Shown one piece after another: positions 63,653 to 64,000 of a stretch of DNA of 64,000 nt. Made by a program: the position numbers and the translations under genes. Source of the stretch: a virus; the IMG/VR virus record IMGVR_UViG_3300045135_000745, positions 15,885-79,884 of that record, one strand, 5' to 3'. Every line of letters starts with the position of its first letter. Positions within the stretch are counted from its first letter, which is position 1. Under the pieces are notes generated by a model, which saw only the letters and a list, made by a program, of their open reading frames with translations, made no database searches and was not told where the DNA came from.

Positions 63653-63687
63653 CGAATTACCTCCTATTATGGAGTATTTATAATTCG
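63653..63687 (-). promoter_or_regulatory. Late promoter (63675-63682) inside an RBS-sequestering hairpin for the HNH gene
   Basis: CGAATTA-taaata-CTCC-ataata-GGAG-g-TAATTCG-a-ATG. Confidence 0.8.
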
Positions 63688-63696
63688 CACATTTTC

Positions 63697-63732
63697 TGCA
63701 AAGCAATTGCTCTCCAGACGAGCTAATTCCCC
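63697..63732 (-). pseudogene. 5' half of a disrupted tRNA-Ala(UGC)
   Basis: GGGGAATTAGCTCGTCTGGAGAGCAATTGCTTTGCA: acceptor 5' strand, D arm and anticodon TGC, then an abrupt break. Confidence 0.8.
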
Positions 63733-63739
63733 GAATAAG

Positions 63740-63869
63740 TGTGGTAGATTTGCCACGCTGGTTCTACCACGAACCTCGACTGCTCCCAAACCTTTGGTAA
63801 AGGAGTCATAAACTTGGCAGTCAAACATGCATTCTTTTAACCTATCCGCCTTATGATAGGTACCAAGTT
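63740..63869 (-). ncRNA. Putative structured ncRNA downstream of tRNA-Ser(UGA)
   Basis: Stems AACTTGGTA/TGCCAAGTT, ACCTATC/GATAGGT, CCTTT/AAAGG, TTGACTGC/GCAGTCGA, GTGGTAGA/TCTACCAC. Confidence 0.55.
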
Positions 63870-63873
63870 ATTA

Positions 63874-63967
63874 TGGCGGAAGCGTAGGGATTCGAACCCT
63901 AGGACGACATCACTGCCGTCGCTGCTTTTCAAGAGCAGTGCAATAAACCTGACTCTGCCACGCTTCC
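63874..63967 (-). tRNA. tRNA-Ser(UGA)
   Basis: CTGCT-CT-TGA-AA-AGCAG, long variable arm, CCA. Confidence 0.95.
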
Positions 63968-63972
63968 ATTAT

Positions 63973-64000
63973 TGGCGCTCCCGGAAGGACTCGAACCCTC
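63973..64000 (-). tRNA. 3' end of a further tRNA (truncated by the window; identity unknown)
   Basis: GAGGG-TTCGAGT-CCTTC-CGGGAGC-GCCA. Confidence 0.8.

Noticed and set aside
63061-63696. HNH cassette as a group I intron in the tRNA-Ala anticodon loop
   Set aside because: About 17 nt of the tRNA are missing and there is no room for a ribozyme core, so splicing could not rebuild the tRNA.
1-64000. CRISPR array, diversity-generating retroelement or rRNA
   Set aside because: No regularly spaced repeats, reverse transcriptase, adenine-variable repeat pair or rRNA-like sequence was seen.

Overview
A 64 kb segment of a large T4-like myovirus genome, probably infecting an aquatic proteobacterium (host is an inference). 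It runs from uvsW (partial), uvsY and gp3 through the head and tail block (gp23, 22, 21, 20, 19, 18, 17, 16, 15, 14, 13), a set of fibre and decoration genes, the baseplate block (an 1881-aa VrlC/DUF4815-like protein, gp8, gp9/10-like, gp7, gp6, gp25, a three-part gp5, hub, gp53, gp48, gp4, gp2, gp54, gp26, gp51, tape measure), gp32, gp33, small early genes and a tRNA array. Main observations: (1) a 7 kb operon of 3 glycosyltransferases, 1 methyltransferase, 3 radical SAM enzymes and 2 stand-alone SPASM/twitch proteins sits inside the late structural region. A D-S-[D/A] tripeptide is strongly enriched in outer virion proteins and absent from buried ones. Together these suggest a phage-encoded, sequon-directed virion glycosylation/modification system. 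(2) gp26 and gp51 are joined by a U-UUU-UUC -1 slippery site directly upstream of the tape measure gene, like lambda G/GT. (3) A Hint domain lacking a +1 nucleophile lies inside the largest virion protein. (4) An HNH cassette has split a tRNA-Ala gene and carries a replacement tRNA-Ala inside its own ORF. (5) A 777 bp GC-rich foreign insertion splits a small gene. (6) Two structured non-tRNA RNAs lie in the tRNA array. All calls are by eye from motifs and synteny; no database searches were run.
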